From contig JAVYSA010000005.1 of assembly GCA_038729445.1 (NCBI GenBank), positions 1-53,593 of the forward strand: 53,593 nt of DNA, given 5' to 3'. The translations under genes and the position numbers were made by a program. The notes under the pieces were generated by a model. That model had not been told where the DNA came from. It did no database searches and saw nothing but the letters and a program-made list of their open reading frames with translations. Every line of letters begins with the position of its first letter. Position 1 is the stretch's first letter. Positions 1 through 8,732 of the stretch are shown piece after piece. The DNA is from Thermoplasmata archaeon (GTDB lineage: Archaea > Thermoplasmatota > Thermoplasmata > Lutacidiplasmatales > UBA184).

Positions 1-536
1 TCGATGGACTGCACCAGGAGGGCCCCCGAGAGGCCCCCGAGGACGCCGTCGTCCAGGGGTTCGGCGCCGCCCTTGGCGAAGGCCTTCGCCGCGTCGCCCT
101 CCGACGGGCTGACGATGGAGTACACCTTCGGCTCGGGCTGCTCCTCCTCCCCCTCCGAACCCTCGTCGCCTTCCCCTCGGAGGCTGACCCCCTCGAGCGA
201 GATCAGCCACTTGGCCCGCCGGGCCGCCGCCTCCGCGAGCAGCGTCCGCGCGATGGCGACCGCCTGGGGGGATGTCGGCGGGAATTCGGAGAGGACCACC
301 GCGAAGTCGGGGCGGCCGTAGACCCGGATCGGAGGGTGGACCCGCCCGCCCTGGATGACCGCGATCGGAGGGGCCTCGGGGGCGACGAACCGGCCGATCC
401 GGCCGAGCCGAAGCGTCTGCACGATGTAGTGGCCGGCCACCGTGGTGGCGAGACCCGCGCTCGGGAAGCAGGCCAGGATCGTCGCGCCGGGCGTCAGGGC
501 AGGTGCCGATCGGTCGTCCTTCCACGCGTACTCCAT
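1..536 (-). CDS. PAC2-family proteasome assembly chaperone (PbaA/PbaB-like), 3' end outside window
   Basis: Own translation from ATG at 536: MEYAWKDD...TILACFPSAGLATTVAGHYIV...GRVHPPIRVYG...VLSEFP...LISLEG...DGVLGGLSGALL. This matches the PAC2 pattern (GFPxxGL, PxRxY, SE, GxxxGxxGxLL). It is absent from the ORF track because it is truncated. Confidence 0.8.
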   Translation of the reverse strand, partial: MEYAWKDDRSAPALTPGATILACFPSAGLATTVAGHYIVQTLRLGRIGRFVAPEAPPIAVIQGGRVHPPIRVYGRPDFAVVLSEFPPTSPQAVAIARTLLAEAAARRAKWLISLEGVSLRGEGDEGSEGEEEQPEPKVYSIVSPSEGDAAKAFAKGGAEPLDDGVLGGLSGALLVQSI

Positions 537-638
537 GGTCGACCCACGGGCCGAGCGGTGGGGGGGATTTAGGTTGACCGGGGCTCCCCCCGCGCCCGAC
601 AATCAAGCCCAAGTACTCGGGGCCCGTCGCGGACCGGC

Positions 639-1688
639 GTGGGGCTTCCGTTCAAGGACATCGCCCGCGGCCAGCCGATCCGGTGGGCCGATCTCTCCGG
701 CCGGGCCGTGGCGGTCGACGCCTACAACGCCCTCTACCAGTTCCTCGCGACGATCCGCCAGGCGGATGGACAGCCGTTCAGCGATCCGGAGGGCCGGCCG
801 ACCAGCCACCTCATCGGGACCCTGTACCGGACCACGTCCCTGCTCGCCGCGGGCGTGCGGCCCGCGTGGGTCTTCGACGGGCACCCGCCTTCGCGCAAGG
901 CCGGGACGATCCGGGACCGCATCGCGGCCAAGGAGCGGGCCCGCCAGGCGTGGGACGAGGCCCTCGCGGCCGGGGACTGGGAGACCGCCCGACGCAAGGC
1001 GTCGCAGACCTCCCGCCTGACGGCCCCGATGGTCGAGGAGACGGTGGCGCTCCTGAAAGCCCTCGGCATGCCCGCGGTCCGTGCCCCGGGCGAGGGGGAG
1101 GCCCAGGCGGCGATCCTGGCGGCGGAGGGGACGGTCTGGGCGACCGCGTCGGAGGACTACGACACGCTGCTGTTCGGCGCCCCGCGCCTCGTTCGGGGGC
1201 TCGCGGCCCGCCGCGGGCACGGCGCCGAGGACGCGGCGACCCTGATCGACCGGGCCCGGTGGCTCGAGGAGCTCGGGATCTCCGCCGACGAGCTCATCCT
1301 GATGGGGATCCTGGTAGGGACGGACTTCAACGAGGGGGTCCGGGGCATCGGCCCGAAGAAGGCGCTGCGGCTCGTCCAGCAGCATCTCGGGTGGGACGAG
1401 ACGGTGCGCCGGGCGGGCCTCGACCCCGTGGAGGCCGGCGAGGTCGCCGCGATTTTCCGCACCCCGTCCGCGACGCCCGGCCTGACCCTCCGGTTCGGGG
1501 AGCCGGACCCCGAGGCGGTCGTGCGTCTCCTGGTCGACGGCCACGGCTTCGCCGAGGCGCGCGTCCGGGGCGCGCTCGCGCGGCTCGGGACCGGGCCGAA
1601 GCGGGCGACCGCGGCCCCCCCGGGGACCGAGACGGTCCGACGCCGGCAGGCGGTCCTCGACGGCTACGCGGAGGGGAGCCCGGGATGA
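639..1688 (+). CDS. fen1: Flap endonuclease 1
   Basis: AVDAYNALYQFLATIRQ, GRPTSHL, WVFDG, EGEAQAA, SEDYDTLLFG, GTDFN-GVRGIGPKKAL (H3TH); C-terminal PIP-box-like QAVLDGY. Confidence 0.97.
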   Translation: MGLPFKDIARGQPIRWADLSGRAVAVDAYNALYQFLATIRQADGQPFSDPEGRPTSHLIGTLYRTTSLLAAGVRPAWVFDGHPPSRKAGTIRDRIAAKERARQAWDEALAAGDWETARRKASQTSRLTAPMVEETVALLKALGMPAVRAPGEGEAQAAILAAEGTVWATASEDYDTLLFGAPRLVRGLAARRGHGAEDAATLIDRARWLEELGISADELILMGILVGTDFNEGVRGIGPKKALRLVQQHLGWDETVRRAGLDPVEAGEVAAIFRTPSATPGLTLRFGEPDPEAVVRLLVDGHGFAEARVRGALARLGTGPKRATAAPPGTETVRRRQAVLDGYAEGSPG

Positions 1689-3157
1689 GTCGTCTCGAGT
1701 GCGTGCCGAACTTCTCCGAGGGGAAGGACCCCGCCCGGGTCGGCCGGATCGCCGACGCGGCCCGGACGGTGCCGGGGGTCTCTGTCCTGGACGTCGAGGC
1801 GAACCCCGACCACCACCGCTCCGTGATCACGCTCGTCGGGGAGGAGGGGCCCCTGGTCGAGGCGGTCCTTGGGATGATGCGGGTCGCCACGCGGGAGATC
1901 GACCTCACGCAGCACCGGGGGGAGCACCCGAGGATCGGGGCAACGGACGTGGTGCCGTTTGTCCCGCTCGAGGGGGCCACGATGGACGACGCCCGGCGCG
2001 CGGCGGAGGCGCTCGGGGCCCGGGTCGCCACGGAACTCGCCATTCCGGTCTACTTCTACGGGGCGGCCGCCCGCCGCCCCGAGCGGACCGAGCTGCCCAA
2101 GGTCCGCGAAGGGGAGTTCGAGGGGCTCCGCGAGGCGATCCGGCACGATCCGGCCCGGGCGCCGGACCTGGGCCCGGCGCGTCTCCACCCGACGGCCGGC
2201 GCGGTCGCGATCGGCGCCCGGCCGGTCCTCATCGCGTACAACGCATACCTCGCCACCGGCGACGTGGCGATCGCGAAGCGGATTGCCAAGGCGATCCGGG
2301 GCCGGGACGGCGGCCTCGCCGAGGTCCGTGCGCTCGGCTTCGAGATCCGGGAGCGCGCTCGTGCCCAGGTCTCGATGAACCTGACCGACTATCGCCGGAC
2401 GCCGATCGCGCGCGCACTCGAGGCGGTCCGGCGCGAGGCCGAGCGGTTCGGCACCTCGATCGAGGAGTCCGAGATTGTCGGCCTCGTCCCGGAGGAGGCC
2501 CTCTACGACGCGGCCGAGTACTACCTCCAGCTGCACCGCTTCGACCGCCGCCAGATCCTCGAGCGGAGGGTGCGGGAGACCTCCGGCCCTGCCGAGACGT
2601 TCGCCGGCTTCCTCGAACGGATGAGTCAGAGGACCCCCACGCCGGGCGGGGGGAGCGCGGCCGCCGCGGCCGCGGCGATGGCCTGCGCGCTGGGGGAGAT
2701 GGTGCTCGCCTACTCGATCGACCCGAAGGCTCCGGATCCTTCCCTCGAGTCCCTCCGGGCGGAGCTCCGCACCGGCCGGAGCGACTTCCTGAGGGCGGTG
2801 GAGGAGGACGCGAGGGCGTACGAGGCGGTGCGGGCGGCCCGCCGCACGCGCAAGGATCATCCCGACGCCCCCCAGGCCTCCGAGACGGTCCGCCGCGCTC
2901 TAGAGGCGGCCGCGGAGGTCCCGCTGGCGTCCGCGGAACGCGCCGAGCGCCTCCGCCGCCGCCTGGCGGAGGTCGGGCCGCGGACCCGCCCGACGCTCGC
3001 CAGCGACCTCGCCACCGCACTCACGCTCTTCGCGGCGGCCCGCGACGGGGCGGCCGCGAACGTCCGGACCAACCTCGAGGACCTCGAGCGGGAGGGGGCC
3101 CCGGTCGGGGCGTGGCGCGCCCGCCTGGAAGCCACCGTCCCTCCCGCGGCCCCATGA
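1685..3157 (+). CDS. ftcD: Bifunctional glutamate formiminotransferase / formiminotetrahydrofolate cyclodeaminase
   Basis: ATG 1685 overlaps the fen1 stop (ATGA). ECVPNFSEG, DHHRSVIT, HRGEHPRIGATDVVPFVP, AQVSMNL, SEIVGLVP, then the cyclodeaminase motif PTPGGGSAAA. Confidence 0.93.
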   Translation: MSRLECVPNFSEGKDPARVGRIADAARTVPGVSVLDVEANPDHHRSVITLVGEEGPLVEAVLGMMRVATREIDLTQHRGEHPRIGATDVVPFVPLEGATMDDARRAAEALGARVATELAIPVYFYGAAARRPERTELPKVREGEFEGLREAIRHDPARAPDLGPARLHPTAGAVAIGARPVLIAYNAYLATGDVAIAKRIAKAIRGRDGGLAEVRALGFEIRERARAQVSMNLTDYRRTPIARALEAVRREAERFGTSIEESEIVGLVPEEALYDAAEYYLQLHRFDRRQILERRVRETSGPAETFAGFLERMSQRTPTPGGGSAAAAAAAMACALGEMVLAYSIDPKAPDPSLESLRAELRTGRSDFLRAVEEDARAYEAVRAARRTRKDHPDAPQASETVRRALEAAAEVPLASAERAERLRRRLAEVGPRTRPTLASDLATALTLFAAARDGAAANVRTNLEDLEREGAPVGAWRARLEATVPPAAP

Positions 3158-3840
3158 GCTCCGCTACGGCAGACCGGCCCGAGGTATGGGTCAACTGTGC
3201 CGCGTCGATCGACGGCCGGATCGCCTTCGCCGGAGGGGTGCGCGCCCGCCTCTCGGGCCCGGAGGACCTGCGCCGGGTCCACCGGCTCCGGGCCTCGTGC
3301 GATGGCATCGTGGTCGGGGCCGGAACGGTCCGGTTGGACGATCCGTCGCTCACCGTCGATCCGGAGCGGGCCGGCGGTGCTCCGGCACGTCCCCCGACGC
3401 GGATCGTCCTCGTCGGCGGGACACCGATCCCGGCGACGGCCCGGATCTTCGACACCGCCGCCCCGACCCTCCTCGTGCTGCCGGAGGAGGGCGGGAGGGT
3501 CCCGCCGCATGTCGGGCGGCTGCTCGTCGCGCGGGGGCCCCACCGGGTCGAGAGGCTCTGGGGAGCCCTCGCCGGCCGGGGGTTCCGCCGGATCCTCGTC
3601 GAGGGAGGGGCGCGGGTCCTCGCGAGCGTCCTCCGGTCCGGGACGTATGATACCCTGACGGTCTTCACCGCCCCGTGGATCCTCGGTGCCGAGGGGGCAC
3701 CCCCGATCGCCGAGATGCCGGCGGCCCGTTCGTTCCCGGAGGCGATCCCCCTGTCGCGGACCGAGGTCCGGCCGATCGACGACGGCGTGCTGACGACCTA
3801 TCGTCCTGTCGGGGGGACAGGCGGCCCGCCGGAGGGGTGA
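3154..3840 (+). CDS. RibD C-terminal / DHFR-fold reductase (ArfC-like pyrimidine nucleotide reductase)
   Basis: ATG 3154 overlaps the ftcD stop. AASIDGRIA, LSGPED..RVHRLRA..DGIVVGAGTVRLDDPSLT, ILVEGGA. Confidence 0.85.
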   Translation: MSSATADRPEVWVNCAASIDGRIAFAGGVRARLSGPEDLRRVHRLRASCDGIVVGAGTVRLDDPSLTVDPERAGGAPARPPTRIVLVGGTPIPATARIFDTAAPTLLVLPEEGGRVPPHVGRLLVARGPHRVERLWGALAGRGFRRILVEGGARVLASVLRSGTYDTLTVFTAPWILGAEGAPPIAEMPAARSFPEAIPLSRTEVRPIDDGVLTTYRPVGGTGGPPEG

Positions 3841-3889
3841 GCACGGCTTATCAATCCGGCCCGCTCCGCTGGCGGCAGGGGCGCGACGC

Positions 3890-4894
3890 ATGAAGCTGGT
3901 CCACTTTTCGATCGCCGACCAGTTCCACTTCGGCATGCTGACCGACGGGAACGAGTACATCGACCTCGACACCGCCTGCCGCGACTACTTTGGGGTCAAT
4001 CCGGTCAAGGGCGCCGACCCGAGCCGGTTCCGGGACATGCGCGCCTTCTTCGCGGGCGGCGCCGAGTCGGTCGACATCACGCGCAAGATCCAGGAGTACA
4101 TCGACCGGCGGCGGAAGATGGGCTGGACCCCGCGGGCTGCCACGGGGGCACGCTACCTGTTCAAGCCGGAGGAGGGTGTCAAGCTCCTCGCGCCGGTGAT
4201 CCGGGGCGGGAAGATCTTCTGCCTCGCCTCCAACTCGCGCAGCCACCTCGCCGAGCAGAAGCGTCCGATTCCCCGCCAGCCGTACGCGTTCACCCGCTTC
4301 TTCAACAGCCTGGTCGGCCCGAGCGAGAGCCTCGTCCTCCACTCCGCCGGCACGTTCCCCGACGTCGAGCTCGAGCTCGCCGCGGTGATCGGACGGACGG
4401 GAAAGCACATCCCTGCCTCGGAGGCGGCCGGCTACGTCGCCGGCTACACGATCGCCCTCGACCTCGGCTACCGGGACCTGCAGTACCCCCCGGAGGGCCC
4501 GGTCGACTGGGTGATGGGCAAGGGCTTCGACGCGGCGATGGCCGTCGGCCCATGGATCGTCCCGAAGGAGGAGATCGGGGATCCGTACCCCCTCGCGATG
4601 GAGCTCAAGGTCAACGGGACGGTCCGGCAGAGGGGGGACACCAACGACTACGTCTTCCGGCTTCCCGAGGTCATCGCCCATCTCTCCCGCGGGATCACGC
4701 TGGAGCCCGGGGACCTCATCAGCCTCGGGACCCTCTCGGGGGTCCCGGGCTACGAGTTCGGCAACGAGAGCCGGCGGCTCACACCGGGCGACACGATCGA
4801 GGGTTCGATCGAGCGGATCGGCCGCCTCGTCATTCCGGTGAAGGCGGAAGCTCCGCCTCGCCCCGCAGGACCAGGAACGTCGCCGCCGCCGTAG
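3890..4894 (+). CDS. Fumarylacetoacetate hydrolase family protein
   Basis: DVELELAAVIG, GYTIALD..YRD, GKGFD, VGPWIV, TLEPGDLI.LGT. Confidence 0.9.
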   Translation: MKLVHFSIADQFHFGMLTDGNEYIDLDTACRDYFGVNPVKGADPSRFRDMRAFFAGGAESVDITRKIQEYIDRRRKMGWTPRAATGARYLFKPEEGVKLLAPVIRGGKIFCLASNSRSHLAEQKRPIPRQPYAFTRFFNSLVGPSESLVLHSAGTFPDVELELAAVIGRTGKHIPASEAAGYVAGYTIALDLGYRDLQYPPEGPVDWVMGKGFDAAMAVGPWIVPKEEIGDPYPLAMELKVNGTVRQRGDTNDYVFRLPEVIAHLSRGITLEPGDLISLGTLSGVPGYEFGNESRRLTPGDTIEGSIERIGRLVIPVKAEAPPRPAGPGTSPPP

Positions 4895-6086
4895 GCAGCT
4901 CCTCCTCCGCCCCGGGCCGGGCGTGGATCGCCTCCCCCGCGATCGCGTGCGACGCCTCGGCCCGGTAGACGACCCGGGCGCTGCCGGGCCAGGAGACGAC
5001 GGCCTCGGCGAGCGGGTCGAAAGACGGGAGACGATCGAGCGGCACGGGGCGGACCGAAAGGCCCGTGCCGCCGTGCAGCGAGCCGGGGAGACGGATGAGT
5101 CGGTGGATGTCCGTCGTCACCGGCGCGTCGGTCTCCCCCTGCAGCTCGATCGCGAGCCCCCGGAGGATCGCGGAGAGCAGCTCGTCCGGCAGGGCCGCCT
5201 TCGGAAGGAGGTGGTCGGGGTCGGCGACGATCCGGGCCGCGCCCCCCTCCTCGACAAGGTGCCGGGCCGCGCTCCGCGCCATCCGTCGCGCCTCCGCCGG
5301 TGGCTGGCCGGCCGCCTGCACGGTCCGCGCGATCTCCTCCGCCGCCTCCCCCGGAGGGAGCGCTGACCAGGCCTCCAGCCGGGCCAGGATCGCGCGGGCC
5401 GTCCTCCCCCTCCAACCCGGTGCCGAGGGATCCCCGATCGCCCGGATCCCCGACGAGCCGGCGGTCGTGGCCCGGTCCCCCGCCGCCAGGGGATCGCGCT
5501 CCCGGCGCCGGAGCAGGGCGCTCGCCGGATCGAACCCCTGGCCGGCGAGGTAGTCGACGAGCTCGCGGCGCTCGGCGCTCGTCAGGGAGAGGAACCGGTC
5601 CTCGACGACGTGGACGTGGTAGCCCCGGCCGCCCGAGAAGACGATGCGCAGGTGCTCGGGGTCGACGCCGAAGTCGCCCAGCAGGAACTCCTCGACGAGC
5701 GTCCGGGTCCTCCGCTGCACGAGCCGGAGCTGGCCCGCGTAGTCGAGGGCCTCGGCCCCCCGAAGGTGGTCGGCGTCGAGATCGAAGATGAGGTCGGCGC
5801 CCAGCCACTCCTTCTGGGGCATCGCCGGCCGTGCCGGATGGCGGTAGTACGCCGTCGAGTAGTAGATGTGCCGGGGCACCACCTCGCGGACGAACCGGCG
5901 CAGCTCCTCCTCCGAGGCGAAGGCAGCGTGCCTCCGCATCAGGGTCTCCGCCGCGAAGGGGAAGGCGGCGAACTCGCGTCGCGCGATCCGGTCCGGACCG
6001 GGCAGCGCCGTCTGGCGGTAGTACTCCTCGAACCGGGCCCGGACCCACGCGGTCGTCCGGGCGTCCAGGGCGACGATCTTCGCCAT
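4830..6086 (-). CDS. priS: DNA primase catalytic (small) subunit
   Basis: REFA, YYSTAYY, WLGADLIFDLDADHL, FSGGRGYHVHV, DAPVTTDIHRLIRLPGSLHGGTG. Confidence 0.96.
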   Translation of the reverse strand: MAKIVALDARTTAWVRARFEEYYRQTALPGPDRIARREFAAFPFAAETLMRRHAAFASEEELRRFVREVVPRHIYYSTAYYRHPARPAMPQKEWLGADLIFDLDADHLRGAEALDYAGQLRLVQRRTRTLVEEFLLGDFGVDPEHLRIVFSGGRGYHVHVVEDRFLSLTSAERRELVDYLAGQGFDPASALLRRRERDPLAAGDRATTAGSSGIRAIGDPSAPGWRGRTARAILARLEAWSALPPGEAAEEIARTVQAAGQPPAEARRMARSAARHLVEEGGAARIVADPDHLLPKAALPDELLSAILRGLAIELQGETDAPVTTDIHRLIRLPGSLHGGTGLSVRPVPLDRLPSFDPLAEAVVSWPGSARVVYRAEASHAIAGEAIHARPGAEEELPTAAATFLVLRGEAELPPSPE

Positions 6087-6095
6087 CGGTCGCCG

Positions 6096-6665
6096 CTACT
6101 CCGCCGGCGGATCGTCCTCCGGGGCGGTGGCCCGGGCGAGCTGGGCGTCGAACCGGAGGCGGGTCAGGAGATGGAAGACGGTCGAGTGCTCGCTCCCGCG
6201 GACGAGCAGCTCGACGGCCCGCTGCCCGCGCTCGATCTGCTCCGGTTCCCCGATGAGCGCGATCGTCGACCCGTAGACGCTCACCGCGCAGCCGGAGAGC
6301 TCCTCGATCCGCTCGCGGGCCCGGCCGCCCGTGCCGATGACCCGGGCCCGGATCCGGCGCAGCGCCTCCTTCTCCCGCTTTCCGGTCTCGAGCTTGATGT
6401 CGAGGATCGCGAGCATCACGCCGTCCCGGGCGAGCCGGAGGGCGCGCGCGGGCGCGAACCCCCGGCCGATAGCGAGCGCGATGTCGCGGGCTCGCAGCGC
6501 AGCGAGGGGATCGGTGTCCGGGGCGTGCACGCGGACCTCGCCGTCCTCCGCGTCGATCTCGAGGCTCGCGCCGGTCCGCCGGGCGATCTCCCGCTTCGTC
6601 CTGCCCCCGGGACCGATGAGGACGGCGACCCGGTCCTCCGGAATGCGAGCATAGAGGGTCGGCAT
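6096..6665 (-). CDS. KH-domain rRNA-processing protein (Dim2/Pno1-like)
   Basis: Two KH GxxG loops (LIGPGGRTK, VIGTGGRAR), AIGRGF, and C-terminal GSEHSTV. Adjacent to rio1. Confidence 0.92.
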   Translation of the reverse strand: MPTLYARIPEDRVAVLIGPGGRTKREIARRTGASLEIDAEDGEVRVHAPDTDPLAALRARDIALAIGRGFAPARALRLARDGVMLAILDIKLETGKREKEALRRIRARVIGTGGRARERIEELSGCAVSVYGSTIALIGEPEQIERGQRAVELLVRGSEHSTVFHLLTRLRFDAQLARATAPEDDPPAE

Positions 6666-6667
6666 CG

Positions 6668-7444
6668 CTAGCCTCCGCGGGGATCGGCGATCCCAAGGCG
6701 GTCCAGGAACCCCGGCACCGTCACGGGGAATCCCCGGCGGGTCAGGAACTCGGCCAGGTGGCCGACGTCCCGGACCAGGAGCTCCCGGGCCTGCGGGTGG
6801 TCGGCCCCGACCGCCTGGGCGACATCGATCACGACCGGCCGCCCCTCGTGATAGAGGAGATTGTAGGGCGATAGGTCGCCGTGGACGAGGCCGGCCCTCT
6901 CCCGCATCCGCCGGATCGCCTCGACCAGGTCGTCGTAGAGGCGGGCGAGGTCCTCGACGACGGCATCCTTGAGCCGTGGGGCGGCCCCCTCGGCGTCGCC
7001 GATATACTCGAGGAGGAGGACGTTGCGCTCCACCGCGATCGGCCGAGGCACCCTCACCCCCGCGTCAGCGAGGCGTCCCAGGATCGTATACTCCCGGCGG
7101 GTCCACGCGGGGACCAACGCCCGGAGGTTCCGGACCGACCCTTCGCGCCGCAGCTCCTCGAGCGCGTGCGGCGGGAACCGTCGGTAGGCGGCGTTGCCGA
7201 TGCGGTAGACCTTGATGGCGGCCGGGCCCCCCCGGCTCGTGGCGCGGAAGACCCCGCCCTCCTTGCCCATGGAGATCGGGTGGTCGACCGAATCGATGAT
7301 GCCGGCGGTGATCAGGCGGGAGATGGCCAGGAGGGTCGGCCGGTCGAAGAACTCGTCCAAAACCTTGCGGTCCGACGCCTCCTTCCGGCGATCCTCCGCG
7401 GGCGCGGGTCGGCGGGGGTAGAGGATGTCGACCGGTCGGGGCAT
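6668..7444 (-). CDS. rio1: RIO1-family serine kinase
   Basis: ISMGKEGGVF, AIKVYR, AGVRVPRP, NVLLLEYIG, LVHGDLSPYNLL, IDVAQAV. Confidence 0.93.
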   Translation of the reverse strand: MPRPVDILYPRRPAPAEDRRKEASDRKVLDEFFDRPTLLAISRLITAGIIDSVDHPISMGKEGGVFRATSRGGPAAIKVYRIGNAAYRRFPPHALEELRREGSVRNLRALVPAWTRREYTILGRLADAGVRVPRPIAVERNVLLLEYIGDAEGAAPRLKDAVVEDLARLYDDLVEAIRRMRERAGLVHGDLSPYNLLYHEGRPVVIDVAQAVGADHPQARELLVRDVGHLAEFLTRRGFPVTVPGFLDRLGIADPRGG

Positions 7445-7559
7445 CGACCGGAGAACCCCCTTCGGCAGATAGGCTGTGCCACCGGCATGGAACCGGGACG
7501 CCAGCGGGTAACGAGGGCGTCAGCGGACCGTTTTGAGGCGCCTCTCCTTGGATTCCCCG

Positions 7560-8147
7560 ATGCCGGCCGCGCCGTCGCCACCCGAGAGGGATGCGCCGCC
7601 GCGCTCCGCCCCGGTCCTCGGGATCGGGGGCGCACCGGCGGCCCATCAGCGGCCGCCGCCGCGGGCCCGGGCCCCGGACCTCGATGGGGCTCGGGACTAC
7701 GATGCGATCTTCCAGATCGTTCGCGCCTCGGTCCGCCGCGTCCTGGGGCGGGAGCGGGCCGGGCTCGGGCTCGCCCTGAGCGACCTGCCGGCGAGCCTCG
7801 GGGCCTACTGGCAGGTCACCGGCAACATCATCGTCCTGAACGAGTCCCTCGTCCGTGCGATGGACCGGCGTGCGGGGTCCCCCCGGGAGCGCAACGCCTT
7901 CGTCTACGTCGTCCTGCTCCATGAATACCTGCATGCCCTCGGATTCCTCTCGGAGGAGAGCGTTCGTCCGGTGACGGCCCGGGTCGCCCGCGAGACGTTC
8001 GGCCCGGAGCATCCGGCGAGCCGAATGGCCGCGGGGGATCTCTGGCGGATGTACCCCTTCCTGGCCGACGTCCCTTCCGGCACGGGCCGATGGATGCGCA
8101 TGGTCTCCGGCTTCGACTCGGCATCGGTCGCCTCGTACATCCGGTAG
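7560..8147 (+). CDS. Hypothetical protein with HExxH zinc-metallopeptidase-like motif
   Basis: LLHEYLHALG motif and globular composition. ATG 7560 chosen over the upstream TTG. Confidence 0.7.
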   Translation: MPAAPSPPERDAPPRSAPVLGIGGAPAAHQRPPPRARAPDLDGARDYDAIFQIVRASVRRVLGRERAGLGLALSDLPASLGAYWQVTGNIIVLNESLVRAMDRRAGSPRERNAFVYVVLLHEYLHALGFLSEESVRPVTARVARETFGPEHPASRMAAGDLWRMYPFLADVPSGTGRWMRMVSGFDSASVASYIR

Positions 8148-8222
8148 GGCGGGGAGGACCGACGGAGAGGGCCGCGGGCCCCCTACCGCCATATAGGGGC
8201 CCCACCGTGGCCTTGTCGAGCC

Positions 8223-8708
8223 ATGGTCGACACAGGATCCGTCGTCGGCTGGATCATGCTCCTTGCCGGCGTGGTTCTCTTCGCGTTCGAGCTCTTCCAT
8301 CCCGGCGCTCTCCTTTTGATCCCGGGTTCCGTCCTTCTGGCCGCCGGGGCGCTCTACCTGTTCCTCCCGAACGTGCTGCTGAATTCATGGATCGGGGTGG
8401 TCGTCATCGTCCTCGCAGCGATCGCCGCCGCCTTGGCGGAGATCCCGTTCTACCGTCACCTCTCGCCCGGGCATGCCCCGATGACGACCACCGTGGCCAC
8501 CTTGGTCGGCCGCGAGGCGGTGGTCGTCGCCCCGGTGGTTCCCGACACGCTCCGTGGCAAGGTGCGGGTCGGGTCCGAGATCTGGTCGGCGACCGGCGCG
8601 CAGCCGATCGCCGAAGGGACTCGCGTGCGCGTCGTCGCCGGCGAGGGGGTGGCGCTGCGGGTTGAGCCGATCCTTCCCGGCACCAAGGGCCCGGACCGGA
8701 GACCTTAA
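8223..8708 (+). CDS. NfeD family membrane protein (short form)
   Basis: Three hydrophobic segments, then LVGREAVV...GKVRVGSEIWSA...IAEGTRVRVV (NfeD OB fold). Directly upstream of the SPFH gene. Confidence 0.9.
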   Translation: MVDTGSVVGWIMLLAGVVLFAFELFHPGALLLIPGSVLLAAGALYLFLPNVLLNSWIGVVVIVLAAIAAALAEIPFYRHLSPGHAPMTTTVATLVGREAVVVAPVVPDTLRGKVRVGSEIWSATGAQPIAEGTRVRVVAGEGVALRVEPILPGTKGPDRRP

Positions 8709-8732
8709 CCCTCGGGGGGGAATCGGTACCCG

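Noticed and set aside
683-1684. Long N-terminal extensions in the ORF track (ftcD from 683, RibD_C from 1699, nuoB from 12172, nuoJ/K, prenyl synthase from 22984, hydrolase from 42111)
   Set aside because: They overlap upstream genes in another frame; the real starts are marked by ATGA/GTGA overlaps and family N-termini.
3890-4894. FAH protein as a possibly inactive variant
   Set aside because: The metal ligands (ExE, D) and the Lys are retained; the divergence is unremarkable.
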